Shown here: positions 31,976-44,219 of the stretch, piece after piece
Numbering within the stretch: position 1 is the stretch's first letter
How the letters are laid out: each line of letters starts with the position of its first letter
Translations under genes and position numbers: made by a program
Assembly: GCA_002692205.1 (NCBI GenBank)
Contig: NZJM01000061.1
Location: forward strand, 1 to 47,298
Reading direction: 5' to 3'
From: Legionellales bacterium
GTDB lineage: Bacteria; Pseudomonadota; Gammaproteobacteria; Eutrophobiales; Eutrophobiaceae
DNA: 47,298 bases
The notes under the pieces: generated by a model
Databases searched by the model: none
Seen by the model: the letters and a program-made list of their open reading frames with translations, nothing else
What the model was told of the DNA's origin: nothing

Positions 31976-32071
31976 AAAATGAGATTTTTTTTGGTTAAGC
32001 AAGCGTATAGCTCAAGTGCAACAAACTAATTATAAATTTCCTTCATAATTAAGTAGAAGATTGAGGCAATA

Positions 32072-34012
32072 GTGGCAAAAGAAAAAGTTTATAAAGTAAC
32101 GAATGAGATTTCTAAAAATACTCATATTGATGCCAAAAAATATCAAGAAATGTATGATCGTTCGATTAATGAATCTGATACTTTTTGGGGTGAGCAAGCA
32201 GAGAAATTTTTAACTTGGTTTTCAAAGTGGGATAAAATTCAAGAATGGAATTATGATAAGAATGTAAATATCAGTTGGTTTACAAATGCTAAATTAAATG
32301 TCAGCTACAACTGCATTGACCGTCACCTTGATGAAAAAGGAGATCAGGTCGCTATTATTTGGGAGGGAGATGAACCCGATCATCAAAAGTATATTACTTA
32401 TCGAGAACTACACGAAGAAGTATGTAAGTTTGCCAATGTTCTAAAGTCACGTGGCATTAAGAAAGGTGATTGTATTTCTATTTACATGCCTATGGTTGCT
32501 GAAGCAGCTATCGCAATGCTTGCCTGTACTCGCATTGGCGCAATACATTCAGTCGTGTTTGGCGGATTTTCACCCGAAGCACTCAAAGATCGTATTTTGG
32601 ATTCTGATTGTAAACTTATTGTCACCGCAGATGAGGGTATTCGAGGTGGACGTGCTGTACCATTAAAAGATAATGTTGATAAAGCGCTCACAAAGTGCCC
32701 AAATGTACATACTGTTGTAGTTATTGAACGAACAAATAAAGAAATTTTCTGGAGTAAAGGCCGAGATATTTTTTATAAAGAAGCGATGAGCACCGTATCA
32801 TCTGATTGCCCCGCAGTTAAAATGGATGCAGAGGATCCTTTATTTATTTTATACACATCTGGGTCTACCGGTAAACCTAAAGGTGTCTTACATACCACAG
32901 CCGGCTATCTTTTATTCACAGCAATGACGCACAAGTACGTATTTGATTATCATGATAAAGATATTTATTGGTGCACAGCCGATGTAGGTTGGATCACAGG
33001 TCATTCTTATATAGTTTACGGTCCACTTTGTAATGGGGCAACTACCCTAATGTTTGAAGGAGTCCCTACGTATCCAGATGCAAGTCGTTTTTGGCAAGTT
33101 GTCGATAAACACAAAGTGAACATTTTTTATACCGCACCAACTGCTATTCGTGCATTAATGAGTAAGGGAGAAGATTTTGTAAAAAAAACAACCAGAGCGA
33201 GTCTTCGAATTTTAGGCACAGTTGGTGAGCCAATAAATCCAGAAGCATGGGAGTGGTATTATAATATTGTTGGTGATAGCCGTTGCCCCATTATTGATAC
33301 TTGGTGGCAAACTGAAACCGGTGGTCATTTGATTACTCCACTACCAGGCGCAACTAATTTGAAACCGGGTTCTGCAACATTACCATTTTTTGGTATAGAA
33401 CCCTGCCTAATTGATGATAAAGGAAACCAAATTAAACACGCCGGAGAAGGAGCTCTGTGTTTTAAACGTTCATGGCCAGGCCAAATGCGAACAATTTTTG
33501 GTGATCATGATCGTTTTATGAGTACTTATTTCAAAACATACCCCGGTTTCTATTTCAGTGGAGATGGCGCGCGTAGAGATAGTGATAATTATTATTGGAT
33601 TACTGGTAGAGTAGATGATGTTATCAATGTATCTGGCCATCGTATGGGAACTGCTGAGGTTGAGAGTGCATTGGTGCTGCATCGTGATGTTGCAGAATCA
33701 GCAGTGGTCGGTTATCCACATAAAATCAAAGGCCAAGGCATTTATGTTTATGTAACCCTAAATGATGGTATTGAGCCTACTGATACATTGAAACAAGAAC
33801 TTCTTCAACATGTTAGAAAAGAGATCGGGTCAATCGCATGCCCAGATATTATTCAATGGGCTCCAGGGTTACCAAAAACTCGATCTGGTAAAATTATGCG
33901 ACGAATTTTAAGAAAAATTGCTTTAAATGAAGTGGATGATCTCGGGGATACTAGCACTCTTGCCGAACCCGAAGTGGTCACCAATCTTATTGATAATAGA
34001 GAAAATAAATAG
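32072..34012 (+). CDS. acs: Acetyl-CoA synthetase
   Basis: [43 protein letters not shown]. Confidence 0.97.
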   Translation: MAKEKVYKVTNEISKNTHIDAKKYQEMYDRSINESDTFWGEQAEKFLTWFSKWDKIQEWNYDKNVNISWFTNAKLNVSYNCIDRHLDEKGDQVAIIWEGDEPDHQKYITYRELHEEVCKFANVLKSRGIKKGDCISIYMPMVAEAAIAMLACTRIGAIHSVVFGGFSPEALKDRILDSDCKLIVTADEGIRGGRAVPLKDNVDKALTKCPNVHTVVVIERTNKEIFWSKGRDIFYKEAMSTVSSDCPAVKMDAEDPLFILYTSGSTGKPKGVLHTTAGYLLFTAMTHKYVFDYHDKDIYWCTADVGWITGHSYIVYGPLCNGATTLMFEGVPTYPDASRFWQVVDKHKVNIFYTAPTAIRALMSKGEDFVKKTTRASLRILGTVGEPINPEAWEWYYNIVGDSRCPIIDTWWQTETGGHLITPLPGATNLKPGSATLPFFGIEPCLIDDKGNQIKHAGEGALCFKRSWPGQMRTIFGDHDRFMSTYFKTYPGFYFSGDGARRDSDNYYWITGRVDDVINVSGHRMGTAEVESALVLHRDVAESAVVGYPHKIKGQGIYVYVTLNDGIEPTDTLKQELLQHVRKEIGSIACPDIIQWAPGLPKTRSGKIMRRILRKIALNEVDDLGDTSTLAEPEVVTNLIDNRENK

Positions 34013-34107
34013 ATTCGTTACTATATTGGCAGTTATATAATTTCGATATGAAGTTTTCATATATAAAATATTTTTTGAATGTTGAGGTTAAAAACAGCGT
34101 CAACGAA

Positions 34108-34137
34108 TAGACACTTAATGTCATCATAGACTATAAT
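34108..34137 (+). promoter_or_regulatory. Sigma70 promoter of carAB
   Basis: TAGACA-N18-TATAAT. Confidence 0.6.
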
Positions 34138-34151
34138 GAATTAACAACATC

Positions 34152-34182
34152 GGGAGTTGCCACCAGAGCTACTCCCTTTTTT
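34152..34182 (+). terminator. Terminator hairpin in the carA leader (putative attenuator)
   Basis: GGGAGTTGC-CACCAGA-GCTACTCCC-TTTTTT, between the predicted promoter and the carA RBS. Confidence 0.7.
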
Positions 34183-34205
34183 ATGCCCATGAGAGGTTAT
34201 ATTTT

Positions 34206-35336
34206 TTGATAGATAAAGCCCTATTGGCTCTTGAGGACGGCTCTTTATTTTATGGTGTTTCTTTTGGTGTTGAGGGAGAAACAACAGGTGAAGTTGTTTT
34301 CAATACAGCGATGACAGGCTATCAAGAAATATTTACCGATCCATCATATTGCAGACAAATAGTTACACTAACTCATCCACATATTGGAAATGTCGGTACA
34401 AATAAAGAAGATGAAGAGTCACGCAATGTGCATATCAGCGGTTTAGTCATTAGAGACCTATCTGCTGTTGTAAGCAGTTGGCGATCTGAAAATAGTCTAG
34501 CTGGTTATTTGAAAAAACATAATATTATTGCTATAGCAGGTATTGATACTCGACAATTGACAAGACACATACGTAAACATGGCGCAATGAGAGGATGTAT
34601 TGTTAGTAGTTCAAGAATAAATGCCGAAGATGCAATAAGCAAAGCAAAATCTTTTGCCGGATTAATAGGAATGGATTTAGCAAAAGAAGTAACAACTCAA
34701 ACTTCATTCAAGTGGTCTGATGGTATTTGGCAATTACAAAAAAAACCCAAAAAGAGCGACCAGAGCAAATGGAAAATAATTGCATATGATTTTGGTATTA
34801 AGCGAAATATACTAAGAATACTTGTTGATTTAGGCTGCGATGTTACTGTTGTTCCGGCAACTTTACCTGCAGAAGAAGTACTAAATCAAAAACCAGACGG
34901 TATTTTTTTATCAAACGGTCCCGGAGATCCCGATGCATGTGATTATGCTATCTCCGCAATCAAAAAAATTATAGAAACAGGAATACCTGTATTTGGTATC
35001 TGTTTAGGTCACCAGCTCTTATCATTGGCACTTGGTGCCAAAACGGTGAAAATGAAATTTGGACATCACGGCGCAAATCATCCAGTGTTATCTCTTGATG
35101 ATAAAAAAGTATTAATAACTAGTCAAAATCATGGTTTTGCAGTTGATGAGGAATCTTTACCAAAAGATTTATCTGTGACGCATCGTTCTTTGTTCGATGG
35201 AACGTTGCAAGGAGTACACCATAAAAAACATCCTGTGTTTGGATTTCAGGGGCACCCAGAAGCAAGCCCCGGACCCCATGACTTACTCTCGCTTTTTAAT
35301 CACTTTATTGAGTTAATAAAAAAAACTAAAAATTAA
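34206..35336 (+). CDS. carA: Carbamoyl-phosphate synthase small subunit
   Basis: [33 protein letters not shown]; TTG start. Confidence 0.97.
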   Translation: MIDKALLALEDGSLFYGVSFGVEGETTGEVVFNTAMTGYQEIFTDPSYCRQIVTLTHPHIGNVGTNKEDEESRNVHISGLVIRDLSAVVSSWRSENSLAGYLKKHNIIAIAGIDTRQLTRHIRKHGAMRGCIVSSSRINAEDAISKAKSFAGLIGMDLAKEVTTQTSFKWSDGIWQLQKKPKKSDQSKWKIIAYDFGIKRNILRILVDLGCDVTVVPATLPAEEVLNQKPDGIFLSNGPGDPDACDYAISAIKKIIETGIPVFGICLGHQLLSLALGAKTVKMKFGHHGANHPVLSLDDKKVLITSQNHGFAVDEESLPKDLSVTHRSLFDGTLQGVHHKKHPVFGFQGHPEASPGPHDLLSLFNHFIELIKKTKN

Positions 35337-35345
35337 TCATAATCT

Positions 35346-38300
35346 ATGCCAAAAAGAACAGATATAAACAGCGTACTTATTATTGGAGCAGGTCCAATTG
35401 TTATAGGACAAGCATGCGAATTTGATTACTCTGGGGCCCAGGCATGCAAGGCTCTTCGTGAAGAAGGTTATAAAGTAATACTTGTTAATTCTAACCCAGC
35501 AACAATTATGACAGATCCTGAAATGGCTGATGCCACATACATAGAGCCGGTAGATTGGCAAACTGTTAGGAAAATTATTGAACAAGAAAGACCCGATGCA
35601 CTATTGCCAACAATGGGTGGACAAACCGCCTTGAATTGTGCTCTTGATCTCGATAAGCAAGGCGTGTTGAAAGAGTATGGTGTAGAAATGATTGGCGCAT
35701 CAAAAGACGCGATTGATAAAGCTGAAGATCGTGAATTATTTAGAAAAGCAATGTTAAAGATTGGCTTATCTATGCCAAGATCAGAGATGGCAAGTGATAT
35801 AGAGCAGGCTAAAAAAGCGTTAGATGTAATAGGGTTTCCAGCAATAATACGCCCATCATTCACTTTAGGCGGAACAGGTGGAGGCATCGCGTATGATGAA
35901 AAAGGATATTTTGATATTTGTGAAAAAGGATTAGATGCATCTCCAGTATCAGAAATTTTAATCGAAGAGTCTGCTCTTGGTTGGAAAGAGTATGAGATGG
36001 AAGTCGTCAGGGATAGCAATGACAATTGTATTATTGTTTGTTCTATTGAAAATTTAGATCCAATGGGCGTGCATACAGGTGATTCAATTACTCTCGCTCC
36101 AGCGCAAACTTTAACGGATAAGGAGTATCAGATAATGCGTGATGCCTCGATAAAGGTATTACGCGAGATTGGTGTCGATACGGGCGGTTCAAATGTTCAG
36201 TTTGCTATCAATCCAGATAATGGAGAATTAATAATTATTGAGATGAATCCGAGGGTCTCTCGTTCTTCAGCGTTAGCATCAAAAGCAACCGGATTTCCAA
36301 TTGCAAAAGTAGCCGCCAAACTTGCGGTAGGTTTCACTTTAGATGAATTAAAAAATGAAATTACGGGTGGCGCTACACCCGCATCATTCGAACCAACGAT
36401 TGATTATATAGTTACCAAGATACCCAGATTTACTTTTGAGAAATTTCCTCAAGCGGATGATCGGTTAACAACACAAATGAAATCTGTTGGAGAGGTAATG
36501 GCTATTGGGCTTACATTTCAAGAGTCTTTACAAAAAGCTATTTGCGGTTTAGAAACCAATGTTAACGGATTAAATCAGATTCTTTCTAAATCAGAATACT
36601 CCTATGAGAAACTTGAAAAAGAATTATCTGCTCCGGGAGCTAATAGACTTTGGTATGTTGCCGATGCATTTAGATATGGGCTAAGTGTAGAGGATGTTTT
36701 TAATATCACTAAGATTGACCCATGGTTTTTAAGACAGATTAACGATTTGATTAATACAGAAAGTCAAATAGAAGCTGAAGGTTTAAAATTATTTACTCAC
36801 GAACGTTTAGTACAATTTAAAAAAATGGGTTTTTCCGACTCAAGATTAGCCGAGCTTACTTGTAAAACTGAATCAAAAATACGTTCTTTAAGAGCAGAGA
36901 AAAATATCAGACCTGTTTTTAAGCGAGTCGATTCTTGTGCTGCTGAATTTGAATCAACTACTGCCTACATGTATTCATGCTATAGCACTGAATGTGAAGC
37001 TGTACCCAGTAAAAGAAAAAAAATAATGGTTCTAGGTGGTGGGCCAAATAGAATTGGCCAAGGAATTGAATTTGATTATTGTTGTGTGCAAGCAGCATTT
37101 GCAATGCGTGATGCTGGGTATGAAACAATTATGGTGAATTGCAATCCCGAAACTGTATCAACTGACTATGACACGTCCGATCGACTTTATTTTGAGCCGC
37201 TAACATTAGAAAATGTTTTGGAAATTATTAATATTGAAAATCCTTTTGGCGTTATTGTGCAATATGGTGGACAAACCCCATTGAAACTTGCACGTGAACT
37301 TGAAAATGAAGGCGTGCCAATTATTGGAACTAGCCCAGATTCAATCGATCTCGCTGAAGATAGAGAAAGATTTCAAAAGCTACTAAATGAAATAGGATTA
37401 ACACAACCTCCAAATGAAATAGCTAGAAATACTGAGCAAGCGGTCAAATCTGCAAACAAAATTGGATTTCCATTGGTAGTGAGACCCTCTTATGTGCTAG
37501 GTGGTCGCGCAATGGAAATTGTTTACAACAATGATGATCTAAAAGATTATATGGAAAAAGCAGTCCAAGTTTCGCATTCATCACCAGTCCTTCTTGATAG
37601 ATTTTTAAATGATGCAATTGAGGTTGATGTTGATGCCGTATCTGATGGAGATGATGTTTTTGTAGCCGGCATTATGGAGCATATCGAACAGGCTGGCGTT
37701 CATTCGGGAGATTCAGCGTGCTCACTTCCACCCTTCAGTTTGAGTAAGTCGATACAAAAAAGATTATCATCACAAGTGGGTTTATTAGCGAAAGGATTGA
37801 ATGTAATTGGTTTAATGAATACTCAATTTGCTATTCAAGGAGATGATATTTTCGTGCTAGAGGTAAACCCAAGGGCATCTAGAACGGTGCCTTTTGTGTC
37901 AAAAGCAACAGGGTTACCGATAGCAAAGATCGCGGTAAATTGTATGGTTGGAAATAGCTTAAAATCTCAAGGAATAACTCAGATACCAAAAATGAATTAT
38001 TATTATGTAAAGGAATCAGTTTTCCCATTTATAAAATTTCCTGGAGTCGATCCCTTGTTAGGACCAGAAATGAAATCCACTGGTGAGGTTATGGGTATTG
38101 GTAAAACTTTTGGAGAGGCATTTGCAAAAGCGCAGTTAGCAGCTGGAGAGATATTATCGACATCAGGACAAGCGTTTATTAGCGTAAAAGATATTGATAA
38201 AGAATTAGCAGTAATTGTAGCGAAAGAATTAGTAAGTCTAGGGTTTAAGATATTCGCTACATCAGGAACCAATGACATTTTAAATCGAGCAGGTATAGAA

Positions 38301-38564
38301 TGTAATAAAGTGAATAAAGTAAGGGAAGGAAAACCACATATTGTTAACATGTTGGAAGATAAGAAAATTAATCTAATTGTAAATACAACAGAAGATAAGG
38401 ATGCAATAGCAGACTCTTTCTCTATAAGAAGAACAGCTCTACAGCAAAAAGTATTCTATACAACAACTATGGCGGCTGCCCAAGCAACTGTAGAAGCTTT
38501 AAAGCAAAGAGAGAAGAGTAATGTTGTTAGTTTACAAACATTGCATAAGGGATATTTTTCGTGA
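35346..38564 (+). CDS. carB: Carbamoyl-phosphate synthase large subunit
   Basis: [17 protein letters not shown], two ATP-grasp halves, C-terminal MGS-like domain. Confidence 0.98.
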   Translation: MPKRTDINSVLIIGAGPIVIGQACEFDYSGAQACKALREEGYKVILVNSNPATIMTDPEMADATYIEPVDWQTVRKIIEQERPDALLPTMGGQTALNCALDLDKQGVLKEYGVEMIGASKDAIDKAEDRELFRKAMLKIGLSMPRSEMASDIEQAKKALDVIGFPAIIRPSFTLGGTGGGIAYDEKGYFDICEKGLDASPVSEILIEESALGWKEYEMEVVRDSNDNCIIVCSIENLDPMGVHTGDSITLAPAQTLTDKEYQIMRDASIKVLREIGVDTGGSNVQFAINPDNGELIIIEMNPRVSRSSALASKATGFPIAKVAAKLAVGFTLDELKNEITGGATPASFEPTIDYIVTKIPRFTFEKFPQADDRLTTQMKSVGEVMAIGLTFQESLQKAICGLETNVNGLNQILSKSEYSYEKLEKELSAPGANRLWYVADAFRYGLSVEDVFNITKIDPWFLRQINDLINTESQIEAEGLKLFTHERLVQFKKMGFSDSRLAELTCKTESKIRSLRAEKNIRPVFKRVDSCAAEFESTTAYMYSCYSTECEAVPSKRKKIMVLGGGPNRIGQGIEFDYCCVQAAFAMRDAGYETIMVNCNPETVSTDYDTSDRLYFEPLTLENVLEIINIENPFGVIVQYGGQTPLKLARELENEGVPIIGTSPDSIDLAEDRERFQKLLNEIGLTQPPNEIARNTEQAVKSANKIGFPLVVRPSYVLGGRAMEIVYNNDDLKDYMEKAVQVSHSSPVLLDRFLNDAIEVDVDAVSDGDDVFVAGIMEHIEQAGVHSGDSACSLPPFSLSKSIQKRLSSQVGLLAKGLNVIGLMNTQFAIQGDDIFVLEVNPRASRTVPFVSKATGLPIAKIAVNCMVGNSLKSQGITQIPKMNYYYVKESVFPFIKFPGVDPLLGPEMKSTGEVMGIGKTFGEAFAKAQLAAGEILSTSGQAFISVKDIDKELAVIVAKELVSLGFKIFATSGTNDILNRAGIECNKVNKVREGKPHIVNMLEDKKINLIVNTTEDKDAIADSFSIRRTALQQKVFYTTTMAAAQATVEALKQREKSNVVSLQTLHKGYFS

Positions 38565-39037
38565 CTAAATTACCGATGACAAAAGCTGGAGCTGAAAAAC
38601 TTCGCGAACAATTACACGAATTAAAATCGGTTGAGCGCCCTCGTATCACTGCTGCAATTGCTGAAGCGAGGGCACATGGCGATTTAAGTGAAAATGCCGA
38701 ATATCATGCAGCACGTGAACAACAAAGTTTTATGGAAGGTCGAATTAATAAGATTGAATCAACACTTGCTGATGCTCAAATTATTGATGTAGAAAAAATT
38801 AATGAAAAGGATAAGGTCGTTTTTGGCGCAACTGTCACTATTTTAAATCTGGAAACTGATAAAAAAGTCACTTATCAGATAGTAGGCGAATTAGAGGCCG
38901 ATATAAAAATAGGCTTAATATCCATTGCTTCACCAATTGCGCGCTCACTCATAGGAAAGCAGATAGAAGATATTGTTGATGTTAATGCACCAAGTGGTGT
39001 TGTTGAGTATGAAATTGTTGATGTCTCTTATGTATAA
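38561..39037 (+). CDS. greA: Transcription elongation factor GreA
   Basis: [20 protein letters not shown]; GTGA overlap with carB. Confidence 0.97.
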   Translation: MTKLPMTKAGAEKLREQLHELKSVERPRITAAIAEARAHGDLSENAEYHAAREQQSFMEGRINKIESTLADAQIIDVEKINEKDKVVFGATVTILNLETDKKVTYQIVGELEADIKIGLISIASPIARSLIGKQIEDIVDVNAPSGVVEYEIVDVSYV

Positions 39038-39049
39038 TTTGTTTCTCGG

Positions 39050-39670
39050 ATGACGAAAAGTAAATCTAATAAACAATGGCTGCAATCGCAAAATCAAGAT
39101 TTTTATGTAAAGAAAGCAAGAGAACTCAATTTCCGTTCAAGAGCTGTCTATAAACTGATGGAAATTAACCAGAAGGATAGATTGATAAAACCTAATCATT
39201 GTATTGTTGATCTAGGGGCATCCCCAGGAAGTTGGTCGCAATATTTGAGCAGTATCGTGAACTCTCATGGACAAATTATAGCGATTGATATACTACCTAT
39301 TGAGCCAATAAAGCATGTTAAGTTTATATCTGGTGATTTTGCAGATGAGAATGTGCAAAAAAAATGTCTTAGACAGGTAGGAAATAATGGCGTGGACCTT
39401 GTAATTTCAGATATGGCCCCCAATTTAAGTGGTATCAAGGAGGTTGATCAGTGTCGAAATATAGCTCTAGCTGAACTTGTTTATGACTTTTGCACTCAAA
39501 TTCTTAAACCAGGCGGTGATTTATTAATAAAGCTTTTTGAGGGGGAAGGGACTCAAGGATATAGGGAACTATTAAAACAAAAGTTTGATAAAGTGTTAAT
39601 GAGGAAGCCAAAGGCATCACGCGATAAATCAAGGGAATTTTATATTTTAGCGCGTTCATTTAGATTGTAG
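39050..39670 (+). CDS. rlmE: 23S rRNA Um2552 methyltransferase
   Basis: RSRAVYKL, DLGASPGSWSQ, SDMAPN, KPKASR..SRE. Confidence 0.96.
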   Translation: MTKSKSNKQWLQSQNQDFYVKKARELNFRSRAVYKLMEINQKDRLIKPNHCIVDLGASPGSWSQYLSSIVNSHGQIIAIDILPIEPIKHVKFISGDFADENVQKKCLRQVGNNGVDLVISDMAPNLSGIKEVDQCRNIALAELVYDFCTQILKPGGDLLIKLFEGEGTQGYRELLKQKFDKVLMRKPKASRDKSREFYILARSFRL

Positions 39671-39717
39671 TAATATTTGAATATAAATTTTCTGTTTAAC
39701 GAAAGAGGGTTAGTAAA

Positions 39718-41652
39718 TTGAACGATATGTTAAAAAATCTAATATTATGGGTCGTGATAGCACTTGTTATGATGACAGTATTTAGAAATTTTAGTAATCC
39801 AGGAATGTCCGGAGATATAACTTATTCTCAATTTATCTCCGATGTTAAAACTGGCCGCATTGGTTCAGTTAGCATCGAAGGCAATTCAATATCTGGTAAT
39901 CTTACCGATGGAAATCGATTTACTACATACAGTCCCGAAACTAATAATGATGCATTAATTGGGACGCTGCTTGAAAACAATGTAGAAATTAAAGCAACGG
40001 AACCAAATAAAAATTCGTTCTGGGCTCATGCTTTAATCTCATGGTTTCCAATTATATTATTATTAGCTATCTGGATTTATTTCATGCGACAAATGCAAGG
40101 TGGAGGCGGCGGCCGTGGTGCATTGTCTTTTGGAAAAAGTCGTGCGCGTTTATTAAGCGAAGACCAAATAAAAATAACCTTCAATGACGTTGCCGGTGTT
40201 GAGGAAGCTAAACAAGAGGTTTCTGAGTTAGTTGAATTTTTACGTGATCCTGGAAAGTTTCAAAAGCTCGGGGGCAAAATACCGTCGGGTGTTTTAATGG
40301 TCGGTGCTCCGGGGACTGGTAAAACTTTATTAGCAAAAGCAATCGCTGGTGAAGCAAGAGTACCTTTTTTTACAATCTCTGGTTCGGATTTCGTTGAAAT
40401 GTTTGTCGGCGTGGGAGCGTCTCGTGTTCGTGATATGTTTGAACAGGCAAAAAAGCATTCACCATGTATTATTTTTATTGATGAAATTGACGCTGTAGGA
40501 CGTCATCGCGGAGCCGGCTTAGGAGGAGGGCATGATGAGCGAGAACAAACTTTGAATCAATTGCTCGTCGAAATGGATGGATTTGAAGGCAACGAAGGAG
40601 TTATTGTAATTGCTGCTACAAATAGGCCTGATGTATTAGACCCCGCATTATTAAGACCCGGACGTTTTGACCGACAAGTAGTTGTTCCTCTTCCAGATAT
40701 TCGCGGGCGCGAACAAATCTTAAAAGTGCACATGCGTAAGGTTGCTCTAGGTAATAACGTTAAAGCAAATATAATAGCTCGAGGTACTCCCGGTTTTTCT
40801 GGCGCTGATTTATCGAATCTTGTTAATGAAGCAGCATTATTTGCTGCGCGTGCTAATAAGAAATTAGTTGATATGGAGGAGTTTGAACGGGCTAAAGATA
40901 AAATTATGATGGGTGCAGAACGACGCTCTCTTGTAATGAGCGAAGAAGAAAAAAAATTAACTGCATACCATGAAGCTGGTCATGCTATTGTTGGTCGATT
41001 AGTCCCGTCTCATGATCCTGTATACAAAGTTACGATAATCCCTCGGGGTCGAGCCTTAGGGGTCACTATGTTTCTGCCGGAAGAAGATCGTTTAAGTTAC
41101 AGCAAGGAATTACTTAACAGTCAGATTTCAAGTTTATTTGGTGGCCGTATAGCCGAAGAACTTATTTTTGATTCAAGTAAAGTAACGACAGGAGCTAGTA
41201 ATGATATCGAACGTGCAACACAACTTGCTCGCAGTATGGTAACAAAATGGGGTTTGTCTGAAAAACTTGGACCATTAACATATAGCGAAGAAGATGGAGA
41301 AGTTTTTTTAGGTCGCTCTGTCACACAGCATAAAGCGATATCTGATGAAACAGCGCATCGTATTGACGAAGAAATTCGTAATATCATCGACAAGAACTAC
41401 AAACGTTCTGAACAAATTCTAAAAAAGAATAAAGATAAGCTACATTTAATGGCGGATGCTCTAATTAAATATGAGACTATTGATTCAAATCAAATTGACG
41501 ATATTATGAATGGTAAGGTACCAAGGCCACCATCAGATTGGGATGATACTGATGGTCAAAGTGCTCCACCAAAAAAGAAGACAAAAAGAAAAACAAGAGC
41601 ATCAAAAAAGAGACCCGCTCCCTCTAGTTCATCACCAGCAAAGCCTGCTTAG
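39718..41652 (+). CDS. ftsH: ATP-dependent zinc metalloprotease FtsH
   Basis: Two TM segments, [24 protein letters not shown]. Confidence 0.98.
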   Translation: MNDMLKNLILWVVIALVMMTVFRNFSNPGMSGDITYSQFISDVKTGRIGSVSIEGNSISGNLTDGNRFTTYSPETNNDALIGTLLENNVEIKATEPNKNSFWAHALISWFPIILLLAIWIYFMRQMQGGGGGRGALSFGKSRARLLSEDQIKITFNDVAGVEEAKQEVSELVEFLRDPGKFQKLGGKIPSGVLMVGAPGTGKTLLAKAIAGEARVPFFTISGSDFVEMFVGVGASRVRDMFEQAKKHSPCIIFIDEIDAVGRHRGAGLGGGHDEREQTLNQLLVEMDGFEGNEGVIVIAATNRPDVLDPALLRPGRFDRQVVVPLPDIRGREQILKVHMRKVALGNNVKANIIARGTPGFSGADLSNLVNEAALFAARANKKLVDMEEFERAKDKIMMGAERRSLVMSEEEKKLTAYHEAGHAIVGRLVPSHDPVYKVTIIPRGRALGVTMFLPEEDRLSYSKELLNSQISSLFGGRIAEELIFDSSKVTTGASNDIERATQLARSMVTKWGLSEKLGPLTYSEEDGEVFLGRSVTQHKAISDETAHRIDEEIRNIIDKNYKRSEQILKKNKDKLHLMADALIKYETIDSNQIDDIMNGKVPRPPSDWDDTDGQSAPPKKKTKRKTRASKKRPAPSSSSPAKPA

Positions 41653-43008
41653 GTGAACAAAATTTCAAATACAAGAAAATACTTTGGAACTGACGGAATA
41701 AGAGGAAGTGTTGATAATGGCGAAATAAGCGCTGAGTTTGTATTGAAACTTGGTTGGGCCGCGGGGCAAGTATTAGCAAAACAAGGAAACGGGCCTGTTT
41801 TAGTAGGCAAAGATACTCGAATATCTGGTTATATGTTTGAATCTGCGCTGGAGGCTGGCTTATCTGCTGCTGGGGTTGATGTAAGACTTCTAGGGCCAAT
41901 GCCAACCCCCGGCATCGCTTTCTTAACAAAAAGCACACGCGCACAAGCTGGTATTGTTATAAGCGCATCTCATAATTTATTTCATGATAATGGCATCAAA
42001 TTCTTTTCAAGTGACGGAACAAAACTACCCGATAATGTCGAGTTGGAAATTGAATATTATATAAATCAATCAATGCAGCCCGTAGCATCGCAACATCTTG
42101 GTAAAGCAAGGCGTATTACAGATGCACCAAGAAGATACATTGAGTTTTGTAAGTCGAAAATACAATCTGATTTAAATTTTCACAAATTAAGAATTATTGT
42201 CGATTGTGCAAATGGCGCGACATATCACATAGCTCCGAAAATTTTTGAAGAATTAGGCGCAGAAGTTATATTACATGGTACATCACCAAACGGTTTGAAT
42301 ATAAACAATGAATGCGGAGCTACATCCCCAAATGTTTTACGAAAATTGGTCAAAGAGTCACGAGCTGATATGGGAATAGCTTTTGATGGTGATGGCGATA
42401 GATTAATTATAGCAGATCATCAAGGAGAAATATTAGATGGCGATGATATACTTTATATAATTGCGCGCTCTCAAATTAAAAAATTGAACGGTGGTGTTGT
42501 TGGTACTGTCATGAGTAATCTAGGCTTAGAGAATGCAATAAATGATCTGGAGTTAGACTTTTTTAGGGCAGCTGTTGGGGATCGTTATGTGATGGAGCTC
42601 TTACTTAAGAAAAATCTAATATTAGGCGGGGAAACATCTGGACATATAATCAATCTTGATTTAACTACAACCGGCGACGGAATTATAACTGCATTACAAG
42701 TGTTAGAAACAATGTTGATCACAGGAAAGAATCTTTCCGAGCTAACAAAGAGTATAAAAAAATTTCCTCAATTAATAAGAAATATCAAATTTGATACAAA
42801 TATTGACATAACACAGAATAAGGAGATTGTTAATGCTGTTGACGAAGCTCAGCTTATATTAGGAAATACAGGCCGTATTGTTCTGAGGCCCTCAGGTACA
42901 GAATCTTTAATAAGAGTTATGGTTGAGGGAGAAAGTCAAGGTCAAATAGAAAACATTGCGGATGAATTAGTAAATAAAGTTAATCATGTTGCGATGAAAT
43001 TACACTAA
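41653..43008 (+). CDS. glmM: Phosphoglucosamine mutase
   Basis: YFGTDGIRG, ISASHN, DGDGDR, GGETSGH, RPSGTE. Confidence 0.96.
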   Translation: MNKISNTRKYFGTDGIRGSVDNGEISAEFVLKLGWAAGQVLAKQGNGPVLVGKDTRISGYMFESALEAGLSAAGVDVRLLGPMPTPGIAFLTKSTRAQAGIVISASHNLFHDNGIKFFSSDGTKLPDNVELEIEYYINQSMQPVASQHLGKARRITDAPRRYIEFCKSKIQSDLNFHKLRIIVDCANGATYHIAPKIFEELGAEVILHGTSPNGLNINNECGATSPNVLRKLVKESRADMGIAFDGDGDRLIIADHQGEILDGDDILYIIARSQIKKLNGGVVGTVMSNLGLENAINDLELDFFRAAVGDRYVMELLLKKNLILGGETSGHIINLDLTTTGDGIITALQVLETMLITGKNLSELTKSIKKFPQLIRNIKFDTNIDITQNKEIVNAVDEAQLILGNTGRIVLRPSGTESLIRVMVEGESQGQIENIADELVNKVNHVAMKLH

Positions 43009-43022
43009 AGTTATAACCTATG

Positions 43023-43370
43023 TTACTTGAGTGCATTAAATTCTTTTTGATCAAACCCAACTATATATCCACTTTTAGTTTTGACAATTGGACGTTTAAT
43101 TAGCGTTGGGTTTTTCAATAATAATTCGACTATTTTTGGTCTAGACGAAATTATTTTTTGTTCTTCCGATAATTTTCTCCAGCTTGTACTTCGTCTATTT
43201 ATAAGTAGCGATACCTCAATATTATCTAGAAACTCAATAATAATAGGTTTATTTATTCCATTAATATAAAAATCATGGAAAGAATATTCTACAGAGTTCT
43301 TATCTAGCCATTTACGCGATTTTTTAATATTATCACAGTTTTTTATTCCGTATAAAATTATACATGCCAT
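43023..43370 (-). CDS. ArsC/Spx family protein (YffB-like)
   Basis: YGIKNCD..KK..KWL, NRRSTSWR, PTLIKRP, VGF; follows dapD. Confidence 0.85.
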   Translation of the reverse strand: MACIILYGIKNCDNIKKSRKWLDKNSVEYSFHDFYINGINKPIIIEFLDNIEVSLLINRRSTSWRKLSEEQKIISSRPKIVELLLKNPTLIKRPIVKTKSGYIVGFDQKEFNALK

Positions 43371-43381
43371 AAAAAATAAAA

Positions 43382-44203
43382 TTACAGTTCGCGTAAGATC
43401 TCGTTTATAGCAACTTTTCCAAGTGTTTTTTCATCTACAGTCTTTACAATAACCGCACAGTAAAGACTATATTTCCCATCCTTTGATGGAAGGTTTCCTG
43501 ACACTACAACAGAACCAGGCGGAATATATCCGTATGTAATTTTTTCTGTTTCACGATTATAAATACGAGTACTTTGACCGATGTAGACCCCCATCGAAAT
43601 TACAGATCCTTTACCAACTATTACTCCCTCGACGACTTCAGAACGGGCACCAATAAAGCAATTGTCTTCTATGATTGTCGGGTTTGCTTGCAAGGGTTCA
43701 AGGACGCCACCAATTCCTACACCACCTGATAAATGAACGTTTTTACCTATCTGGGCACATGAACCAACTGTAGCCCAAGTGTCTACCATCGTGCCACTAT
43801 CAACATAAGCTCCAATATTAACAAAGCTTGGCATCAAGACAACATTCTGTCCGATAAAGCTACCTCGCCTTACAGTAGCATTTGGAACGACACGGGCACC
43901 CGTTTTAGCAAATTCAGCTTCGCTATATTTGAAAAATTTATTTGGAACCTTATCAAAATAATTTGCATGATTACTCTCAACAACAAAATTTTTATCTATA
44001 ATAAAAGAGAGCAACACAGCCTTTTTTAACCATTGATTTACTATCCATTTATCATTAACTTTTTCAGCTATTCTTAGTTCGCCACTATCTAACTTCGCAA
44101 TAATATCCTCAATCGCATCCTTTAATTCTTTATTTTTATCTGTTGATTTAATTTCCGATCGTTTGTCAAATTGATTATTAATAAAACTTTCTATATCTTT
44201 CAT
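43382..44203 (-). CDS. dapD: Tetrahydrodipicolinate N-succinyltransferase
   Basis: [42 protein letters not shown]. Confidence 0.97.
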   Translation of the reverse strand: MKDIESFINNQFDKRSEIKSTDKNKELKDAIEDIIAKLDSGELRIAEKVNDKWIVNQWLKKAVLLSFIIDKNFVVESNHANYFDKVPNKFFKYSEAEFAKTGARVVPNATVRRGSFIGQNVVLMPSFVNIGAYVDSGTMVDTWATVGSCAQIGKNVHLSGGVGIGGVLEPLQANPTIIEDNCFIGARSEVVEGVIVGKGSVISMGVYIGQSTRIYNRETEKITYGYIPPGSVVVSGNLPSKDGKYSLYCAVIVKTVDEKTLGKVAINEILREL

Positions 44204-44219
44204 TATTCTCTTCCCGTAA

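Noticed and set aside
34048-34110. 20-codon ORF between acs and carA as a leader peptide
   Set aside because: It lies upstream of the predicted carA promoter, has no RBS and ends well before the hairpin.
35468-36025. 185-aa antisense ORF within carB, and other shadow ORFs in apaH, ubiK, acs, ftsH, glmM and leuB
   Set aside because: They overlap well-conserved genes, have Ser/Ile-rich shadow composition and show no recognisable motif.
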